Positions 25,123-39,225 are shown, numbered from the stretch's first letter. The stretch is 64,000 nt of DNA from Octopus vulgaris (GCA_951406725.2 OX597821.1:42594001-42658000), one strand, 5' to 3'. A program made the numbers and translations. The notes: generated by a model from the letters alone, not told the origin.

Positions 25123-26924
25123 CTGAAAGACAAGAGTTTTTATGTAGTAGTAGTAGTTATCTTTTATTTTTTTCTTGTTTCAGTCATTGGACAGTGGCCA
25201 TGCTGACGTACTGCCTTGAAGGGTTTAGTTAAAGAAATTTTCCCCAGTACTAATTTTTAAGTGTGATATTTATCTATAAGTAACTTTTAACAAATTACTA
25301 AGTTATGGTGACTAACACTGGTTGCCAAGTGGTGGTGGGGGGCAAACACACACATGCACAAATATATATATTTATTTATATGATGGGCTTCTTTCAGTTT
25401 CCATCAAACAAATCCACTCACAAGGCTTTGGTTAGCTTCGGGCCATAGTAAGAAGACACTTGACTAAACTATTGTACAGAGAGACTGAACCAAAACTACA
25501 TGTTCAGGAAACAAACTTACCCAAAGTGCCACACAGTGGAGCCTGTTGTTGGTGCAGGTAGGCTGAGGTAAACACGAGGATAATCTTTGTTTTAAGCAGT
25601 AAAAGAAACAAACATGTCTGCAGCTAGGTTTGAACTCATGACCCTGTAATGTGTATACTATGACCCTTACCTCACAGCCATGGTGACACCTTATACAAGG
25701 GATTGTTTGTGAGGATTTAATGTCCTAACCCTATCCTGGACATACATGACTACTTATGGTAGTAAGGTTTAATTTGATAATCATGTAGCACTTAGACTAT
25801 CACTGTGTAACCCTCATGGTTACTGAGCCTTTTTAGATGAAGTATTGTTACAAGTGTTCCATCCCTACACCAGACACACACATCTTATACATAGTTCAGC
25901 ACTTTCATCTTTCCCAATTGACTCTACATCATATAACCGTTTCTCTTAATTCTCTTTCATGAAATACAAAATCAACCATGTTTACTTCTCATTTTCTGGT
26001 GTATACATATTTATAGATCTACATATATCTAGGTACAGGCATGGCTGTGAAACTTTGTTGAAGTTTGTTCTCACCAGACAGCGTAGCAAACGCAATTACA
26101 GAATTTAGTTATAACCTAGAAGGTATTACTTTTCCTGCATATTTCCAAAGATATGAAGAAATCTTCAAAGAGGAATGCAAAAATTGGATAGACAATTTTA
26201 CGAAATATACTGTATGTTCTATCAAAAAAACCATGTGAAAAATACGCAAAATGACGTGTATGATAAGAGGTGAAAAATGGGAACACAAAAGACATTTAAA
26301 CTAGTTAAAAAACAGATATATGGAAAAAAGAAAAGAGACACCCATGGAAGTGCTCTACAACACCTTTCATGTTCCAACACCACAAGAAATCAAACCTAGG
26401 TGTAGCAGCACAAGATAGAGGAAACAAACAGAATGGTTGGAAGTAGTGCCTATAAGGAAGAAATATTAAACTTCCCCGAGAAAAAAATCTCAAAAAGAGA
26501 GATGTGGTGAAAGAAAAATAATATTAACTTCCAACAGAAGTCAGTCTCAAAAGGGGGAGATATTGAGGCAAGAGTCATTGACACCCCTCTGAGATTGGAA
26601 GAATGGAATAGCTGAACTCTTATAAAGAGTAGCGCTTTGATTGAGATGGGAGAAAAGTCATAGGAGTTGTTGAGAGTTTGTGGAAGTCGCTGAGATCGTT
26701 GAGAGTTTGTATTTATTGGAGTATCATGTTTAGTGAAGTAAATTGAAGTAGGTCGAGTGAAGACAATTGTGTTTATCCCTGCTTCATGAAATCTCTATAT
26801 CCAATGTATAGAAGGATATAAAAGCGTGTGAGTGGTATGTGTGTTTATGTGTATGTTTGTGAATATGCATGTGTGCTTATATGTATGTGTGCACATATGC
26901 AGGTGCATGTATGTTTACATGTAT

Positions 26925-27115
26925 CTTTTATCTTTTACTTGTTTCAGTCATTAGGCACTGAAGAATTGTTTTAGATGAATGAATTGACTCCAATACTTAT
27001 TTTTTACTTTTTAAGCCTGATACTCATTCTATTGGTCTCTGTTGCCGAACCACTAAGTTACAGGGATGTAAATACACCAACACTGGTTGTCAAGTGGTAG
27101 TGGGAAACAAGCACA

Positions 27116-27166
<51 letters not shown>

Positions 27167-27325
27167 TGAGAGTTTCTTTTAGTTTCCATCTGCCATATTC
27201 ACTCACAAGGCCTTGGTTGGCCAGAGTCTATAGTGGAAGACACTTTCCCAAGGTGCCATGTGGTGGGACTGAACCTGAAACCGTGTGGTTGGGAAGCAAG
27301 CTTCTTACCACATAGCCATGCTTGT
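26925..27325 (-). mobile_element. SINE family A (minus) with internal (TA)n
   Basis: Reverse complement of the family A consensus; (TA)n at about 27119-27162. Confidence 0.8.
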
Positions 27326-27571
27326 AACTGTGGATTTCTGAAAATTCTTCTCGAATGTGTGACAGTTTCAACTAAAAGTCAAGTATGTATAAAATACTTT
27401 TATATGTGTGTTTTCACTAGTTTTGTGTATAGATACTTTTGTACATGCATGATTGTGTACACTTCTTTTTTTACTATCTTCTAGATATGTAACTGCATAG
27501 CTACATCTACGCATGAGTGTGAGTGTATATATATACACATACACACACACACATATATATATATAGAGAGA

Positions 27572-27965
27572 GAGTGGCTGTATGGTAAGTAGCTTGCTAA
27601 CCAGCCACATGGTTCCGGGTTCAGTCCCACTGCGTGGCATCTTGGGCAAGTGTCTTCTGCTATAGCCCTGGGCCGACCAATGCCTTGTGAGTGGTTTTAG
27701 TAGACGGAAACTGAAAGAAGCCTGTCGTATATATGTATATATATATGTGTGTTTGTGTTTGTATTTGTCCCCCTAGCATTGCTTGACAACCGATACTGGT
27801 GTGTTTACGTCCCCGTCACTTAGCGGATCGGCTAAAGAGACCGATATAATAAGTACTGGGCTTACAAAGAATAAGTCCCGGGGTCGATTTGCTCGACTAA
27901 AGGCGGTGCTCCAGCATGGCCGCAGTCAAATGACTGAAACAAGTAAAAAAAAAGAGTAAAAGAGT
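27572..27965 (+). mobile_element. Full-length tRNA-derived SINE family A (young copy)
   Basis: A-box-like TGGCTGTATGG, B-box-like GGTTCAGTCCC, central (TA/TG)n, tail GCAGTCAAATGACTGAAACAAGTAAAA(GAGTA)n. Confidence 0.9.
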
Positions 27966-28364
27966 ATATATATATGTATGCATGAAACATGTTTGTGTAT
28001 ACATATTTAGAAGCATCCACTTATACATGTGTGCATGTGTAGATTATATATACACACACTTATACGTGTGTTTATATACTCGTGTGCAATCACTAATATG
28101 TGCGTGCATGTATTTAGCTACGTGTATGCACTCATAAATGTGTAGCTGTTTACACATATGAACCCACACATCTTTTCATACTTACATATATACATCCAAA
28201 TGTGTACGTAGATGCTTACAAGTGTGTATTCACACACGTGCATGCATATGTGTGTGTGTGTGCATGCGTGAATTACATACTTGTATATATACATCTAAAT
28301 GTATGTGTATGTAGATGCTTACATGCATATATTCATACATGTGTGTGAAAAAATAAAGTCTCAC

Positions 28365-28504
28365 CTTTCAGCTTAGCAAGTTGATTCAAATTGATGTAGT
28401 TGACATCATCTTTATGGGTACACAGCCGAGTGGCTTCGATACCATTTTGCTGGCTGTGAGAATTCACTGTGTTCTGAAGAGCATCATTGATATACTCAGG
28501 GCAC
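28365..28504 (-). CDS. PIF1: PIF1 coding exon 7
   Basis: (M)CPEYINDALQNTVNSHSQQNGIEATRLCTHKDDVNYINLNQLAKLK(G); ATRLCTH..DV..IN is PIF1-typical; phase 2 to 1. Confidence 0.95.
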
Positions 28505-28609
28505 CTGTTAACGAGAATAATGTCATTCTTGATATATTAAAACCATAATGTCTTCAGAGGACTCTCTGACACCTCATTAATGTCACCCTACATATGTGTT
28601 TGTTTCTAA

Positions 28610-29352
28610 TTTTTTTCTTGTTTCAGTCATGCTGCAACACAGCTTTGAAGGGTTTTAGTCAAATAAATCGACCCCAGGACGTATTCTTTTAAGCCTAAGG
28701 TCAATTACACAAGCTTACATCCCCACTAAGTTAAAGAGATGTAAACACACCACCTCCGGTTGCCAAGCAGGGTGGTGATGAAACAAACACAGACACAAAC
28801 ACACACATTTTTATTAATATTTAGCAGAAGTAACAGAATGACTCAAGGTCCAAGAGTTTCACGTGTTGGCACTAGCTGCAGGTCGAAGACTTGTGAGCTT
28901 GTATAGCTGATGATAAATATATATAAATATATATATACACACACACACACACATATATACAACAGGCTTCTTTCAGTTTCCAGCTTCCAAATTCACTCAC
29001 CAAGTGTTGATCAGCCCAAGGCTACAGTAAAAGCCATTTGTCCAAGATGCCATGTAGTGGGACTGAACACAGAACCATGTGGTTGGGAAGCAAGCTTCTT
29101 GTCTCTTTATTTCCCACAAGGGGCTAAACATAGAGAGGGCAAACAATGACAGACAAAGGGATTAAGTCGATTACATCGACCCCAGTGCATAACTGGTACT
29201 TAAATTATCAACCCCGAAAGGATGAAAGGCAAAGTCGACCTCAGCGGAATTCGAACTCAGAACGAAAAGACAGACGAAATACCACTAAGCATTTTGCCCA
29301 GTGTGCTAACGTTTCTGCCAGCTCGCCATTTCTTACCACACAGCCACACCTG
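28610..29352 (-). mobile_element. SINE family A (minus) interrupted by a family B SINE at 29101..29327
   Basis: Family A head is split at AAGCTTCTT|..|TTTCTTACCACACAGCC; the insert is a full family B unit on the minus strand. Confidence 0.8.
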
Positions 29353-30399
29353 TGCCTATATATATGTTTGTTTCTTTTTCAAGCTCCACCTTTCTTCTAT
29401 AATGTCAGTAGCCAATTAGCTTGTCTACAGCAAGAAACCTGTTCAGTTCTGGCCCATTGTTCATACTTTATCCCCTCATCTTTTAGCATAAAGCTGCTTC
29501 CCCCTCTATTGTAATCCCCCACTCAGTCAAGAGAGATCTTTGTCTTGCAAACTGTGTGGTAACATCACTTGTGGCGGTGGCATGATAAACACACCCAGTA
29601 CAAGCTGTAAAGTGGTTGGCATTAGGAACGGCATCTGTCCATAGAAACCATCCTTAAACAGATGCTAGAGCACAATGCAGTCTTTGGACCCACCATTCAA
29701 TCCACACCAGCAGGGAACAATAACATTAAATGATAATGACAATGATACAGAGGAAAGATAAAAATGACATCTAATCCAACAAGAGCATTTAAAGATTTGT
29801 TTTCAGCCTTATGCTGTTAAATGGATGACGCATAGGCAAGATACATTTCACTTTGGATAAGATGCTGAACTATCAAAATGTAATTTCCCCAGGTGATAGT
29901 TCCACTGTTGGATAAGTTTTACAAAAGTCTGGGAATGAATGACACAGCTTGTATGAAGGTCATGCTTGTTTGTAGCTATAGCAAGACGCCAAGACAAGGA
30001 GGCAAACAAACATTTGGTGGGCTTCTTCTAGTTTCTATCTATCAAACCCATTCCCAAGGCTTTGGCTGATGAAAAAAGAGAAGAAAATGAGGGATGAAGA
30101 AAAGGAGGATGATGATGATGAGGAGGAGGAGGAGGCGGAGGAGGGTTTCTAACATAGATACCAAAAGATAGAAATATTGTAGGGAAGTAGTGGGAAAGCA
30201 ACAAATAATTTAATTGACCACAGTATATGACTAGTATTTATTTTATAGATTTCAGGATGAAGAAAGGCAAAGTTTTGAACTCAAAACATAAAGCGTAGCT
30301 AAATACTGCAGCGTATTTGTCTAGCATTCCACTGACTATGATACACCACCACCACTGCCACTATTATCTTTCCTTATCATTCCATTGAAGGTGTCCCTA

Positions 30400-30600
30400 T
30401 GCAGTCATTCCTCCTGCTAGAAACAGCAGTCAGATCTCCCTAAAATCACACACAACAATCATGAAAAATGGATACAGACATATTAGATAATGTAGTTCTA
30501 GATATAGAAAAAGACAAGATGCTCACAGCTGGAATATCATTAATCATAGGTTGGTACAACCAGAGATGACCTGGGGTTAAACAACAACAATAACAACTAC
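30400..30600 (+). repeat. Dispersed repeat family E, ending GACCTGGGGTTAAACAACAAC
   Basis: GCTAGAAA(C/T)AGCAG..AAATCTCCC..GATAATGTAGTTCTAGA..ATCATAGG; decayed copies near 11930-12150, 33240-33400, 48930-49165 and 52590-52760. Confidence 0.6.
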
Positions 30601-30616
30601 TATTACAATAACTTAC

Positions 30617-30723
30617 ATTCCTTTCCTGATATTCTGAAGAATGTCAATGAATTTTGGATCATCTTGTCGCTTGATTTCTGTCAGTTCTAGATTAATGTTG
30701 ATACATTTCCGCCAGGCAGGTGA
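30617..30723 (-). CDS. PIF1: PIF1 coding exon 6 (motif IV, LTEIKRQDD)
   Basis: SPAWRKCININLELTEIKRQDDPKFIDILQNIRKG; phase 0 to 2. Confidence 0.95.
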
Positions 30724-30837
30724 CTGGGAAAGAAGTGAAGAAAGAAGGAGAAATAAATCACAAGCCAGAGAATGAATCAAATAGTTAAGTCTCCAGTTAA
30801 GAAGCATATTTTAATTAATTGGTAATATGTTTACATA

Positions 30838-31120
30838 TTCGAGCGTGATCGTTATCAACGTCGCTTCACTGGCACGTGCAAAAAGATTCAAGCGAGGTCA
30901 TTGCCAGTACCGCCTGACTGGCCCCCATGCCGGTGGCACATAAAAAGCACCCACTACACTCTTGGAGTGGTTAGCGTTGGGAAGGGTATCCAGCTGTAGA
31001 AACTCTGCCAGATCAAGACTGGAGCCTGGTGCAGCCATCTGGTTTGCCAGCCTTCAGTCAAAACCGTCCAACCCATGCTAGCATGGAAAACGGACGTTAA
31101 ACAATGATGATGATGATGAT
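30838..31120 (+). mobile_element. SINE family C copy
   Basis: AAAAGCACCCACTACACT..CCAACCCATGCTAGCATGGAAAACGGACGTTAAAC(GAT)n. Confidence 0.8.
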
Positions 31121-31124
31121 GTAG

Positions 31125-31540
31125 CTTGGTTTGGCTTCATGCTCTTGTTTGATGAGACTGGAGACATTTCAAGTTAGTGGTCCCAGAGGTGTAATCATGT
31201 GAAGAACCAACCAGTTCCACCAGTGTTCTCCATTGCTGACATTCCCATGCCAGCCCCTCTGCATCCTCCTAGGTGACGTTGACCTCTGGAGATCTTCCCC
31301 AATCACATCCAGCCATCTGATGCAGGGCCTGCCACAAGGCCTCTTCCAGCCTACGGCTGTTGCGTCAATGAGAGTAAAACAGTGGTCAGATGATCTAGCA
31401 GGAGATGGAAGACATGTCTGTATGAGTGCAAGTGATAGATAGCTATGAGTCAGAAGGCTGCGGGTTGATGTTGTATATAAAAATCCCCATGGTTCCCAAA
31501 TACATAGACAGATGGGGCCATTTGAGGTAAGTATCATGAG
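31125..31540 (-). mobile_element. RTE-type LINE 3' fragment
   Basis: Minus ORF contains GWKRPCGRPCIRWLDVIGEDL, the RTE C-terminal W.RP.GRP..RW.D.I..DL motif, with frameshifts. Confidence 0.7.
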
Positions 31541-31622
31541 ACAGAACCTGATCTAATCTTGCAACCTGACTGATAGCAAATTCATCTCAAAAACCAAAAA
31601 ATTTGACTGAAAACTATCTGAC

Positions 31623-31737
31623 CTGGAAGCAAAATTTCTTTTTATCAGATTTTTTGGTAACTGGAGGCAACTGCAAGAAATCTCCACTGACTATGACTTG
31701 GATGCCACCAAACGGTTTGTCATTTCTGCGGATTAAC
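31623..31737 (-). CDS. PIF1: PIF1 coding exon 5 (PFGGIQ..GDFLQLPPV, motif III)
   Basis: LIRRNDKPFGGIQVIVSGDFLQLPPVTKKSDKKKFCFQ; not in the ORF track; phase 2 to 0. Confidence 0.96.
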
Positions 31738-32162
31738 CTGCAATGGAGGAGTAAAGAATCATATTTTTACAATATATTCCGATATGATCTGTGTGGTGCG
31801 TGCATGTGTGTGTTATGCTGTTACTTGTTTCAGTCATTGACTGCAGACATGCTGGAGCACTGCCTTAAAGGGTTTTTCTTAGTCGCAGAAATCAACCCCA
31901 GGAATTATTCTTTGTAAGCCTAGTACTTATTCTATGGGGTTTTTTTTTCTTTTTTTTTTTTTTTTTTGCTGAACTGCTGAGTTACAGGGACATAACCACA
32001 CCAAGCTTAGTTGTCACAAAGACACAAAGACACACATATAAATATATGCACATATAATTCTTTTTATTGGCTTTAACCATCCTAATGTGGCAGCCTTGTT
32101 AGAGTACTGATATTGAAAAATAGATATAAAACAAACAACAAGAAAGAAAGAAGTTTCCTCAC

Positions 32163-32316
32163 CGAGCCACTGCTTCTAATTTATCAAAGTAATCTCTGTG
32201 TACCATGGATACTTCATCAATTATCAAATGATGACATTTCATCCAGTTCTGTTTGACCGACGGTCTGTTTGCTAGTTGCACACATTGTTCCAATGGACCA
32301 TTTCCAGAACCAATTC
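32163..32316 (-). CDS. PIF1: PIF1 coding exon 4 (Walker B LIIDEVSMV)
   Basis: GIGSGNGPLEQCVQLANRPSVKQNWMKCHHLIIDEVSMVHRDYFDKLEAVAR; phase 1 to 2. Confidence 0.96.
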
Positions 32317-34665
32317 CTATAAACAGAAAAATAAACATGAAAAACAGTATGTTGTTATTGCTCATATGAGTATAGAGGTGTGGTGGAGAATCATGTAAGG
32401 ATTCAGAAAAGTTTTTGATGGTATTTTGTGGGATTCAATAATGAGGAAAAAAGAAAAAAAACATATTTGACTTTGTCTGAAAACCACACATTTGAGAGAA
32501 AGGAGGAGGATGTAAATGATTTCTGTTCTTGAGTGGGGTTTTCTCTACAGAGTTGAACATTCAATACTCAGTTTGATAATAAGGATTTCTAACTTACAAG
32601 GATACAATTTTGAGAGATGGGCATGACTGGTTATACTGACACTCACTATGTGACAAGTGCTTATTTTATCAACCCTGGAAGAATCATAGTCAAACTTAAC
32701 CTTTGAACTCAGAACATAAGGAGATATAACTATTTACATAACTAAACCTCATTTGGTATTTTGTCAGCTGCTCTACCAATTCTACTAATCCAAAACCTTT
32801 TTGATAACTATAATATAGAGTATCTATGAATTACCTTTACAACTTTTATACTTCAAATTGTAAAGGTAATTTAAAGACATCCTGAACTGCAAAGGTAGTA
32901 ATATTTTAAAACTGCTAATTCTGTCATATATATGTATGCATATGCATATATGCACAAATACACTTGGGCTTCTTTCAGTTTCCATCTATCGAATCCACTC
33001 CTGAGGCTTTTATCAGTCTGGGGCTATAGTAGAAGACACTTGCCAAAATTGCCAAGCAATGAGACTGAACCTGAAACCATGTGGTTAAGGAGCAAACATC
33101 TTAACTACTTAGAGCCCTGAAAAATTATATATTTAATATACTGCAGCCTTTTAAAATTTTTAACATAGTTCATTGACCTTAGGTCAGGGAACTGCTGGTC
33201 AAGGTCAAAATGTGTGTGTGTGTGTGTGTGTGCACGTGCATGTGTGTTGTTGTTTAGTCCTAAATCAAAACTAACTCAAGTCTACAATGTAAGATATTCC
33301 AGCAATGACCATTCCATTATAGTTTTAGATGTAGTACATCTCAGAGTACACTATCAGTATGTCTTTATTTATTTAAAACAGGAAGGTATGGTACAGGACC
33401 CACAAACAGTGGCAAGCTATAAAAGAGAGAAAAAGTTGCCCCTTCTGTCCATAGACTGAGGTAGTACCTTGGGCAAGTACCAGCAACTCCTTAGCCTCCC
33501 ATGACAGGGATATGGTAAAGACATCAGCAACAGGACATTGGATAATCAACAAGACTGAAGAGTCCTAGACTAACAATTTGCAGGTTATTGTGGCCAAGTG
33601 AAAGATCTGCACCATCAAACAAAAGTTAGGTATCAACTTGCAAGTGAGCTGCAACTGTAGAGTAGCCTCATTGTTAACCATGCTCATTGCACTCTTGTAC
33701 ACTATTTGGTACTTGGCATGGAGGCCTAGAAAGGCAGTCTGGAGAGGTGGGGGCCAACTGCCTAACTCACTGTTCACTAGTGTTTTGTTTTTTTTTTCTG
33801 AACAGAATCATCAACATTGACCTATGATGGACAGCCAATGATGAAGGTATCATTTGAGAGAGATTCAGCTGTTATGTCTAGCATCTAAGAAACCACTTAT
33901 AGGCTCCTTCATTGGCTCAAGCAGCATGTGTTATGAACCTGTGTGAGTGAGCCACCTGTATTAGGTAACTGTATAATTATATCTCAACCAGTGTCTCATA
34001 CAGATATCTGTGTAGATATGAACAAGTTACCACTGGGTAGAAGTTGTTTCCTGTGGTGTATCTGAGTGTTCTGACAGCCATCCATCCATGACATCACTGC
34101 TGACTCAACCTGGAAGGTTGAAAGATCAAGCTATGCTGAGTACAATCAAGTCAATTACACGAGCCTCCATGACTAGAGGTATCCATCAATGGGGAATTAT
34201 ACCTATTGGCCCCACATAAAAATAAGAGTAATACAGTTCCCATTCTGACCACCACCACCACCACGATGCCCTCCAACTGTAGAAGCTGAACGGAAGGAAA
34301 CCAAGCTAATAAAGCACTTGTTATTTATGCAGAGCTGCTACTGCATACTACTCTGTGGTGTTTATAGTTAGGCAGACTGAATCCATTTGAGAACTAAATG
34401 TTTTGGCTGATAACACATTATGATATTGATGATAGGATATGAACCAGTAAGCTCTTGGCTGGTTGGCCAACAGTCTTACTGAGTTGGCCACACACTCTCT
34501 TATAAACAACCCTACCTTATCCTTATTCTCACAAAAAAAAAAAGGCCAACATATAGTTGCTCAACCTCTTAGAAATAGCAGTCAAATATCTCCCAGATTT
34601 TGCTCTACCATTTATAGAAATGTACGAAAAATAGAATTGCTTGATAGGGACTGATCTGTGGTGGC

Positions 34666-34730
34666 TCTACTACTACTACTACTACTACTAACTACTACTA
34701 CTACTACTACTACTACTACAGCAGCAGCAG
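34666..34730. repeat. (CTA)n/(CAG)n microsatellite
   Basis: Directly visible trinucleotide run in PIF1 intron 3. Confidence 0.9.
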
Positions 34731-34790
34731 AAATCAATAACCACAACAAAAACACAAATAAAAAAGAGTAAAGAAACACTGATACTTTAC

Positions 34791-34880
34791 CAGCAAAGGC
34801 ATGGAGAGTAATTCCACCTATATAGCAGGCAGCTACACCTGTGCTTGCTGTGGCAAACGTGTGATCAGGGGGCAGGGCAC
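34791..34880 (-). CDS. PIF1: PIF1 coding exon 3 (motif Ia TASTGVAA, GITLH)
   Basis: GALPPDHTFATASTGVAACYIGGITLHAFA(G); phase 1 to 1. Confidence 0.96.
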
Positions 34881-35690
34881 CTACAATGTAAGGCAATGTT
34901 TGTTTATTTAGCAGGTTTTTTTCCTTTTTATACTTTCATTTTATTGTTGCATGTGAAAAAGAACAGTTACTCTTCAGAGACATGAATAAAGGAATTTGGT
35001 TCAGAGATGACTAATTGTTGGATAGTGTGAGCAAATGAAATTTCGAAACAAGCACACACACACAAGCATATAAAATTCTAATGAAAGAATCCAGTGTTAA
35101 AGATATCTCAAAGAATCTTAAACTAAGCACACACTCATGTATAGCCATGTAGTCTACATGTTTACACATTCTAATAGATGAGCCCATATATTAAAGATGT
35201 CTAGAGGAGCCTTGACAACTTCCCTCTCACACACACTCACATTCATGTAGTCCACATGTTCTGATGGAGGAGTCTAGTTGTTAAGAAGTTCAATAAGAAC
35301 CTTGAATTAAGTCAAGACAAGTCATATTGTTCTCATCTCTGCTATTGAGATACTTGAGTTTTATTTATCAGTCTTTCCCACTCTTCTTAGTTTGGGGCTT
35401 TGCAAGCCCTGACCAATCTAGTATGGAATTAAATATTGTTATAACCTCCATTCAAATATGTCATTGAGTTTACTAAACTTAGTGGTACCCATCTCCTCCC
35501 TACAATATGGGTGTCATTGACTCTTAAAGAGCTCATCCACCTTTGACAAGTTTTATTAAAAAATTTTTTAATCTACTGTGTACCCACACATTTTCCTCAC
35601 AGAACATAGTCAACAGGGAGCAGGCTTAGTATTGGTTTACATTTAGTTTAAGCATTGGGATTCAGGAAATAATTACATTTTTTGACAATA

Positions 35691-36503
35691 CATTGGTAAC
35701 TATTTGCTTTATTTGTCAAGTTACAACCCAAGAATCATAACATTCAAGGTAGAGGCCATTGTGTTGCACCGTCTGAAGCCATCTTTCTGCCAGTTCTTTG
35801 ATCCCATGCCAATACTAGTTCTTGTTCTTCAAGGCAAAGAACTCCTTCACTGAAGCTGCCACCTCCTGCACTCACAGTGCAGGAAATGAGCCATGAATTG
35901 GAACAAGTAATAATCCGAGGGAGCTAGATCTGGACTATATGCTGGGTGTGGCATCAGTTCAATTCTATCAAGTTCCTGGAGTTTATTCTGGGTCATTAGG
36001 AGGTCTTGCATTGTCTTGCTACAAAAAAGCTCACTTTCAGTTAACCAATGCCAGGTATTCTTGCCACACAATGGCAATATCCACTCCAACTGTTCAGAGT
36101 ACAGGTTGGCATTGATGGTTCAGCCATCCAGAACAAATTCCTAGTGAATTATCCCCTCATAATTCCCCCAGATGCAATGCATCACCTTGCTTTCAAAACG
36201 CCCATGTTTGGTGACACTTTCTGGAAGCTGGCACTTGCTGAACCACTGTTATGCATGTTAGGATTGTGGAAAAATATCTCCCATGGATTACTATTTGTTC
36301 CAACATGGTTTGTTTCCAGTGCTCATGTAAAGGAGTTCATCACCGTGAAGGACAAGAACAGGTATCAGTGTGGGATCAAACAACTGGCAGAAAGGTAAAG
36401 TCGTCGTGTTGCACTGTCTGACAGTGCAACATAATGGCCTCTATTTTGAATATTAGGTTGCTTTCGTTGTAACTTGACAAATAAAGAAAATAGGTTACCA
36501 AAA
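35691..36503 (-). mobile_element. Internally deleted Tc1/mariner element with terminal inverted repeats
   Basis: TIR TTGGTAAC(C)TATTT.CTTTATTTGTCAAGTTACAAC at both ends, flanked by TA; transposase remnant PHPAYSPDLAPSDYYLF (mariner YSPDLAP motif). Confidence 0.88.
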
Positions 36504-37782
36504 TATTACAAAACTTCTGACTCATTACAATAGTTGTGAACAATTCTCAGTGAAAAAAATACTCAAAAGAAGTGGACATTTTCAAACAAACTAGAACAGG
36601 TATATCCACTGTAAAGGTGTTGAGTATTTGAGATGCTTCATAACTGCTGCACAATTCATCATCATTTAATGTTCATAAGTTTTGAATCTGATAATAGGCA
36701 TTACTTCTAGGAAAGATACATTAGTATTTCTAATTAGCTTAGTCTGCTTGGCTGAAAAAGCAGTCTTACTTTTTTTCAAAGTTTCCATAATTACTGATAG
36801 AAAAGATATTCCAAAATAAAACCTTCCTCAACTGAATGTCTTGGTCATGGCTTTAGCAAAAATGACAGGTTCTACTTTTACGCAGTCACTCAAAAACTAT
36901 GAGCAGTAAAAATATAAGGATTTTAAACTTTGCTACCATCACCATTGTTTTAATATTTACTTTTCCATGCTTGTGTGAGTCAAACAGAATATGTTGGGGC
37001 AGAGATTTCTACAGCTGGATGCTCAACAAACAACCTAGAAATATCTACTTGGAGAACTGGAAATAAACAACACTGTATGACTGAGCTTTCTGTTTGCAAG
37101 GACCACGCAACTTATCAAGACATGTTGAGAATCCCAGACAGGTTTTCATGGTGGATTGCAAGCTGACAAGGCTATTGTTTGCAAACCAGTGAACACATGT
37201 GAAGATGAGGGGAAATACAGACACTATATATACATATGACAAAAACTTCTAGTTTTTGTTTACCAAATCCACTTACAAGGCTTTGGCTGCCAACCTGAAG
37301 TTATACTAGAAGGTACTTGCCCAAGATGCCAAGCAGTTGGACTGAATCTGAAACCATGTGGTTAGGAAGCAAACTAACCACACTCTGACATTAACATGTT
37401 GTTACCATCATCCTCATTTAATGCCTACTTTTCCATACTTGTATGTGTTGAAGGCAGATTTTTTTACAACTGGATGCCCTTCGCCAGCACTCACTTGTCT
37501 ACAATGAAGGTAATATTTTACCATGACTAGAGATGCTTTCCTGGAAGACTACAAATGAACATTGCTTATATGACAGTGACGTTCATTTATAATGTATTTA
37601 TACATACATACAACAGGCTTCTTTCAGTTTTTGCTTATCAAATCCATTCACAAGACTTTGGTTACCCCAGAGCTGTGGTAGAAGACACTTGCCCAAGGTT
37701 TCATATAGTGGAACTGAGTCTGGGACTAGATGGTTGGGAAGCAAGCTTCTTCCTATGAAACCATGACTGCACTTATGCAAAA

Positions 37783-37937
37783 TGGAGTGGTTGGCGTTAG
37801 GAAGGGCATCCAGCTGTAGAAACATTGCCACATAAGACTGGAGCCTGGTGCAGCCTTCTGGCTTCCCAGATCCCCGGTCAAACCGTCCAACCCATGCTAG
37901 CATGGAGAACGGACGTTAAACGATGATGATGATGATG
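37783..37937 (+). mobile_element. SINE family C 3' part ending about 8 nt from the PIF1 exon 2 donor
   Basis: GGAGTGGTTGGCGTTAGGAAGGGC..ACGGACGTTAAAC(GAT)n. Confidence 0.8.
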
Positions 37938-37946
37938 TAAACTTAC

Positions 37947-38247
37947 CAATAATTCTACGAAGAAGAAAAGATTTACCAGTTCCAGCACTACCAGTAAAGA
38001 ACACATTCTCCCCACAAGTAACAATATCTAGAACCTTCCTTTGTTCTTTGGTTAATTTAAAAGGCTGTAATATTCTTGGCTGGGAAAGCTGAATCTCTCT
38101 ATGCTGCTTCATCTGTGGTTGGTTTTCTTTGTCTCTTTCACAATGTTTCCTCTTTGATTTTGGTGTTGAATCTAAACATTTGTCAGTGTCATTAATAGGG
38201 AGACCTTTTGCAAATTTCAAATCTTTTAGGGTCAATGGACTGATTTC
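37947..38247 (-). CDS. PIF1: PIF1 coding exon 2 (Walker A GSAGTGKS)
   Basis: EISPLTLKD..LTKEQRKVLDIVTCGENVFFTGSAGTGKSFLLRRII(G); phase 0 to 1. Confidence 0.96.
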
Positions 38248-39225
38248 CTAAAAAAAAAGAAAAAAACACACAAACCCTAATTAAATATTAATTTTTTTGT
38301 GCTTTGTCTTGTGTGAATGGAAGAAATAATATTGTATGATGGTGTTATAGATGCCTGGGATTTGGTGGTGATTGTGATTGTGCTTGTAGTGGCAAAGACC
38401 GTAACAGATTGAATTTACAGCAGCAACACATTGAGCCACTCCATGTTCAAGAACACTTTCATTCTTAGTACTTTTACTGTTATGTAGGTGATGTGGAAGT
38501 GTTGTGTTAGTGCAGTAAATGGAGTCTCTATATAGCTACTTAATGTGCTACAATTGGTAGCTCAATCTCCCTCAAATGGGTACAGGCATGAGAAGAAATG
38601 TAGCTCTAACTTCTACTAGATTTGAATTCTCAACATAGAGAGATTCATGCAAGAAATTTGCTTTCCAACCATATTACTTGTTTAAGAAGTTCACTTCACA
38701 ACTACATGGTTTTGGGATCCCAATGTATGGCACTTCAAGTGTCTTCTACCACAAATCCAGGCTGACTAATGCCATGTGAGAGTATCTTATAGATAAAAAC
38801 TGCAAGTAGCCTATCCTGTATATGTATGTGTGGTGTTTGTGTGCATGAATGTTAATATATTTCAAGCTTGTCACTGCTTCTATGGAGCAGTACTGGTGCT
38901 GATATTATGACTGGTTGCTCTGCACTTTCAAAGAACTGAGTAATAAAGATATCCCTTACTTGAAAACAGGTAAGGAATGACAACAGGAGACATAGGTGTC
39001 TGAAAAAAAAAACCTGTCTCAAATAAATTGTCGTCCAAACTCATGCTAGCAGGGAAAAGCATTAAAGGAATGGTTAAGAGAAATGAGGTAATAATAGCTT
39101 GCTTAATTTCTGCTTGTAAAGCTGAAGTGGTGGTGTTAAACCAAGTGATAAATTAATTCTACCATCCAAGCATTAATGAATTTATAATAAATTGTATTGC
39201 AATAAATTATAAATAATTAACATAT

